Source: Azolla caroliniana
Taxonomy: Eukaryota > Plantae > Polypodiophyta
Reading direction: 5' to 3'
Length of the DNA: 64,000 nt
NCBI GenBank assembly: GCA_043228905.1
Contig: JBHGNT010000001.1
Span: forward strand, 6,324,001-6,388,000
Positions 63,752-64,000 of the stretch are shown here, in pieces; positions within the stretch are counted from its first letter, which is position 1, and each line of letters starts with the position of its first letter. The notes beneath the pieces are model-generated. The model was not told the origin of the DNA. It ran no database searches and saw nothing but the letters and a program-made list of their open reading frames with translations. Both the position numbers and the translations under genes were made by a program.

Positions 63752-64000
63752 GTGAAGTGTTTTTGTTGAATTGAAAGTAGCCTTTCCTTTGGGTTGTGTC
63801 AAGAGAGGGAGAAAGGGAGAGAGATTGACGAGCTCTTGTAGTTGTTATTCAGATTTGACCTTGACATATATGCACATATAGATTGACCACTCTAATTTGT
63901 TATTATCTTGAGCTTGACTATTATGTATATATAGGGATATAGATTGGGCTCATCTTTTGATGTTATGTTGGTTAATAATAAATATGGAGAGGCCATGGTT

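Overview
Eukaryotic nuclear DNA from a land plant: AT-rich, GT-AG introns, LTR and LINE relics. The protein styles and the RTE-like LINE suggest a non-seed vascular plant such as a fern, which is inference only. I reconstructed eight protein-coding genes by hand with phase-consistent splice sites: CFL1-like WW/EAR/zinc-ribbon protein (-), intronless CDI glycosyltransferase (-), TRM11 tRNA m2G10 methyltransferase (-), CURT1 (+, head-to-head with TRM11), a small single-TM coiled-coil protein (+), a DUF4050 protein (+), thiamine pyrophosphokinase (+) and an sn-2-type GPAT (-). The left end holds the 5' half of a decayed Ty1/copia element, and there is a related solo LTR at ~15.5-16.2 kb. Local tandem duplications are frequent. 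The best leads are: (i) a GC-rich 55-nt frameshifting cassette-exon candidate in TRM11 intron 4, with a stem-loop over its acceptor and an antisense tRNA-like A/B-box element; (ii) a GPAT whose HAD phosphatase Asp residues are replaced; (iii) a TPK with SVCN instead of the usual STSN thiamine-binding motif; (iv) an unexplained diverged triple repeat in TPK intron 4; (v) ~370-bp direct repeats bracketing CDI. I found no intact tRNA, rRNA, CRISPR array or TPP riboswitch. No novel system is proven: all leads need RNA-seq or homology searches.
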